A DNA stretch of 64,000 nt from Candidatus Campbellbacteria bacterium (lineage in GTDB: Bacteria; Patescibacteriota; Minisyncoccia; Phycocordibacterales; JAXHMZ01). The stretch lies in assembly GCA_034521025.1 (NCBI GenBank), contig JAXHMZ010000001.1, positions 15,921 to 79,920 of the forward strand, in the 5' to 3' direction. The position numbers and the translations under genes are program-made. Positions 60,465 to 64,000 of this stretch are shown here, in pieces. The notes under the pieces were generated by a model that was given only the letters and a program-made list of their open reading frames with translations, was not told the DNA's origin and did not search any database. How positions within the stretch are numbered: the stretch's first letter is position 1; every line of letters starts with the position of its first letter.

Positions 60465-60824
60465 TTATATCTCACTAGAGTTGTCGTTTTCAGGAGCTTT
60501 TTCTTTCAAAAGGAGGGTAATTTTTTCAATATCTATCTTCGCGTGATCTTCATAATAAATAACATCTTCGTTTCGTATGACTATTACTTGTGGTGATTCG
60601 TGTACTATTCCAAATGTTTCAGCTATATAGTTAGAGATATCCCTCGCGTCTTGGACAACCAATACATACATTTGGAGTTCTATTTCTTTGTCTCTTTTCT
60701 CCAAATTTTTGAATTCTTCGTAGACTCTTCGGCTCTGCATGCAAACGTTACTTGTTTTAAGAACCAACACCGGTGAGTCGTACGAACGAGCCAAAGCAAC
60801 AAAAAGATCTTTCTTCGGTTTCAA
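60465..60824 (-). CDS. YtxJ/BrxC (DUF2847) monothiol thioredoxin-fold protein
   Basis: LKTSNVCMQS, VQDARDISNYIAETFGIVHESPQ. Confidence 0.85.
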   Translation of the reverse strand: MKPKKDLFVALARSYDSPVLVLKTSNVCMQSRRVYEEFKNLEKRDKEIELQMYVLVVQDARDISNYIAETFGIVHESPQVIVIRNEDVIYYEDHAKIDIEKITLLLKEKAPENDNSSEI

Positions 60825-61683
60825 CTAATTGCATCGCTATTTATTATAACCTTGATACATACCGAGATATCAGAGCCCCTATAAAAACAATCATTGAGAA
60901 AAGATAAAGCCACAGTAATATAGCTACTAAGAAACTTGCGGCGCCATATAGAAGTAAAGTTTGAGAAGAAAGCGAAATATAAGCCAAGTAAATTATTGAG
61001 TAATAAAATAAGTACAAGAGGCCGCAAATCCCCCGATAAATGAATCAAGCCACGACGCGCTGCGTCTCGAGAAAATCTATATGAACCCCCCAAAACAAAC
61101 TAAGCAGAACAAGTATTAATACAGCGCTAAGAGCCCTGATTGTTGCACCGGACATACTGTAATTAAAGAAATCTTCAGCTAATTCAATTCCGGTAGTTAG
61201 AAGAAGTCGCGCCACAAAAAGCGCGATTATGAAAAATAGAAAAACAAGCATATAAGCTGAAGAATAGAGATTGTTGTATAAAATATTTTTGGTTGGCGAA
61301 TTACTCTCAATTGAAACTGAGAAAACCTCAAAAAGTGATCTTTGCAAGGCTCGGAAAAATCCTGTAGCTGCAAACACAACCAAAAGAAAACCGACCGCGG
61401 CAACGACAATATCTACTGTCAAATTGTTAGCGCTTTCAATAACGCGCTCAAAAAAGACACTGGCTCCGCTTCCAAAATATCTAAGGAAGAATTCCTCAAT
61501 ACCAGACTGAGCAAATGAACCAAATACAAATATACTCGCTAATGAAGTAATTAAAATTAATATCGGCGCCAAAGCAAAAAGAGCAAAATACGCAAGTGCA
61601 GCGGATTTTTCGGCAATCCTAAATTGGATAAACACCTTGGCTACTCTTGTAATAAAGTTCTTAACTGAAAGTAACTGTGCCAT
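60821..61683 (-). pseudogene. YihY/BrkB family membrane protein, frameshifted near 61070
   Basis: SAALAYFALFALAPIL and ATGFFRALQRSL; hydrophobic continuation in another frame. Confidence 0.7.
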
Positions 61684-61803
61684 ACACACATAGAATACCA
61701 TGAAAACATTCGTTGATATCAACAAAAAACTCCAATGGCGTAAATAAAATCCGAGATCTAACCTCGGATTTTATTTGGCTTCGATTTTAGTTGAGTTCAG
61801 CAA

Positions 61804-62064
61804 TTACTCCCTGTTCTCGATAGGTTTTGCAAAATCAACCTTAAGTACTCGTCCACCAAACTCTTGTCCATTCCACATATCTAGTGCGGCCTGCGCTTCT
61901 TCTTCAGTAGACATTTCAACAAAACCAAATCCGCGTGATCGACCAGTTACTTTATCCGTAAGGATAGTAGCTGATTCAACGGTCCCTGCCTTCTCAAAGG
62001 CCTCTTGGAGCTCTTCGTTTGTTGAAGACCAAGGAATACCGCCAACATATAGCTTTTTGTTCAT
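61804..62064 (-). CDS. RRM RNA-binding protein
   Basis: RNP2 LYVGGI and RNP1 RGFGFVEM. Confidence 0.95.
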   Translation of the reverse strand: MNKKLYVGGIPWSSTNEELQEAFEKAGTVESATILTDKVTGRSRGFGFVEMSTEEEAQAALDMWNGQEFGGRVLKVDFAKPIENRE

Positions 62065-62226
62065 GACCTCTAACTAATTATATTTTTTCGTAAGTCGACT
62101 CACTTCTAGAGGGGTTAAAAACCGGACACTCAAGAAACTTACTTGCCACCAGTATACGAAAAAATATACAAATAACAAGAGAATTGTCATTAAAAAGCTA
62201 ATTATTTTATTTTCTGGATATCGGTA

Positions 62227-63045
62227 TTAATTCTGATTGCTTATCAGCACAAGACCTCCATAAAGACCGCCATAGTCCTGAAGTTGAGCCTTTTTTAATT
62301 CCGGAATATCAGTAAATATTTTCATAGTATCACGCAGCTCTTTCCTTACAGCCTCTATGGGGATAGCCGGATCTCCCACAATCATCGGACCTCCGAGCAT
62401 TACCACCTCCGGCGACCAATGCAAAATAGAATTATGTAAACCCATTGCCAAATCTCGCGCAGCCTTATTCCAAACTTCCTTGTCTGTTATTTCATATGGC
62501 TCAACGTCAAATCGTCTCTTAAATGCGGCACCTGAAACCAAATCTTCAAGCGTTTCTCTAGTTTCAATATTCAATATTTGATGTCCTGGCTCAAAACCAA
62601 ATTTCCCCTCATCAGGCCTTCCGTCAATAAATCTGGATCCGCCGACACCGGTGCTAACCGTCATATATACTACTATTTTGTAGTCCTTACCCGCACCAAA
62701 GATAGACTCTCCAAGACCCACAACCGAAGAATCATTATCAACGATTAGCTGCGCACTAGAATGTTTAGAAAATTCTTTTTTTATATCTAAACCAACCCAC
62801 TCTTTTAAATTTGAAGAATTAACTATTTTTGATTTCTCTTCATCAAAAACAGCAGCGACTCCCCCAGCCACTTTATCTATAGATTCGCCACCGGCTACTT
62901 CAAGAGATAGTTTGGCAAGAAGCGCCACTCCTTCTTCCGGATTTTGAGGAGTAGCTATCGAGAGCGGCTCATCAAAAATCTCTTCACCGACAACTCTTGC
63001 AACTCTCATTTTGCTACCTCCTATATCAAAAACTATATTTACCAT
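62227..63045 (-). CDS. ROK family sugar kinase
   Basis: DIGGSK, DNDSSVVGLGE, VSTGVGG and EPGH. Confidence 0.92.
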   Translation of the reverse strand: MVNIVFDIGGSKMRVARVVGEEIFDEPLSIATPQNPEEGVALLAKLSLEVAGGESIDKVAGGVAAVFDEEKSKIVNSSNLKEWVGLDIKKEFSKHSSAQLIVDNDSSVVGLGESIFGAGKDYKIVVYMTVSTGVGGSRFIDGRPDEGKFGFEPGHQILNIETRETLEDLVSGAAFKRRFDVEPYEITDKEVWNKAARDLAMGLHNSILHWSPEVVMLGGPMIVGDPAIPIEAVRKELRDTMKIFTDIPELKKAQLQDYGGLYGGLVLISNQN

Positions 63046-63256
63046 AATATTATTCTTGTTTGTTTTCTAAGTAGTCCTTATTTAAGACACATTATCATTC
63101 TAGCAATAAAACAAAAAGTTGTGTTAATGAAAATTTAACTATTAAATTGATTTTTTCCTGTCAAGTGAATAATTATTTTATAAATTGACACCTGTATATT
63201 TAATACGTACCATTTAGTTTGCTCAAAGTTTTTGAAAGTTGAGGTTTATTTTTTAT

Positions 63257-64000
63257 ATGGAAAATGACGAAACACAAAAAAATATTATAGTTTTTATCGG
63301 TGCCTCACAGGCAGTAAGAAAGCGAGTCAGAGAGATCAAATCTGACAAAAAAAATCGCTACCGATTCGCTGTGCTAACTGGCACAAACAAACCACTAACA
63401 GAAAAACGCAAAAAGGCGTTGGGAATGTTTGATTTTTTCCTTCGCTGTAATTTCAAATCACGCAAATCGATTGCTCAAACTCTAAAACCATTTGGAAGAT
63501 CAAATACTGGCTATAACTTGCCACCCCGAGTCTCGTATACCTGATTTGGCAAAGGTGGTTCCTCACCTCCCATATATAAACACTCCGACCAGCGAATCTC
63601 TTTTTTGGTCAACTGACAAACTGGAGATGAGACGGCGTATTACCGCATACAACCCTGAACTTACTCCCAAGTATATGTTGGTCAAAAACACTGAAGAAGA
63701 GACAATTCAAAAGATCCAAAAACGCATCGGTTTTCCTTTGGTCGTAAAACCTTCCGGCCTCGCTTCGAGTCTTTTAGTAAACGTTGTTTACCATACAGAA
63801 GAGCTTAACAAGGTTCTAAGGCGCACCTTTAAACGCGTCAACAAGATAAATAAGGAGTACAAAGAAGCTCCGGCGCAAATTATAGTGGAGCAACTTCTTG
63901 AAGGAGAAATGTATTCTTTAGATGCTTATATAGACAACGTGGGTAATACTTATTTTTGCCCGATGGTCCATATTAAAACAGGCAAAACGATAGGATTTGA
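63257..64000 (+). CDS. ATP-grasp domain protein (frameshift near 63490-63540; runs off the window end)
   Basis: Downstream frame has TDKLEMRR, IGFPLVVKPSGLASSLLV and IIVEQLLEGEMYSLD. Confidence 0.7.

Noticed and set aside
1-64000. Alternative genetic code (UGA=Gly as in Gracilibacteria/Absconditabacteria)
   Set aside because: Long conserved genes translate intact under code 11, and TGA ends several credible ORFs (for example at 933, 2223 and 28321).

Overview
This is a compact bacterial chromosome segment whose gene content fits Patescibacteria (CPR), probably Parcubacteria; the taxonomy is inferred. It carries housekeeping genes (rel, parB, miaA, rpmG, dcd, clpB, infB, rbfA, murE, gyrA, rpsA, pth, lepB, rpsU, ftsA, ftsZ, trxB, tsaD, valS), six tandem CPR-type pilins, 12 tRNA genes and an accessory surface/glycan region (GH26, processive GT2, acidic collagen-like proteins and lipoproteins, and an SLH-collagen-beta-barrel protein). 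The main unexplained signal is a family of non-coding, highly structured 130-275 bp elements directly downstream of 10 of the 12 tRNA genes. A typical unit has a leader, a hairpin, a segment antisense to that particular tRNA's T-arm/3' end, a covarying core ending in TGTAC-stem-TGTAA-stem, and a second copy of the tRNA 3' end. The units form tandem arrays, share a nested module between distant loci, and include one variant that duplicates a tRNA 5' end. No integrase, transposase or reverse transcriptase is visible in the window. Several genes are frameshifted, probably from assembly indels. All coordinates and alignments were read by eye.
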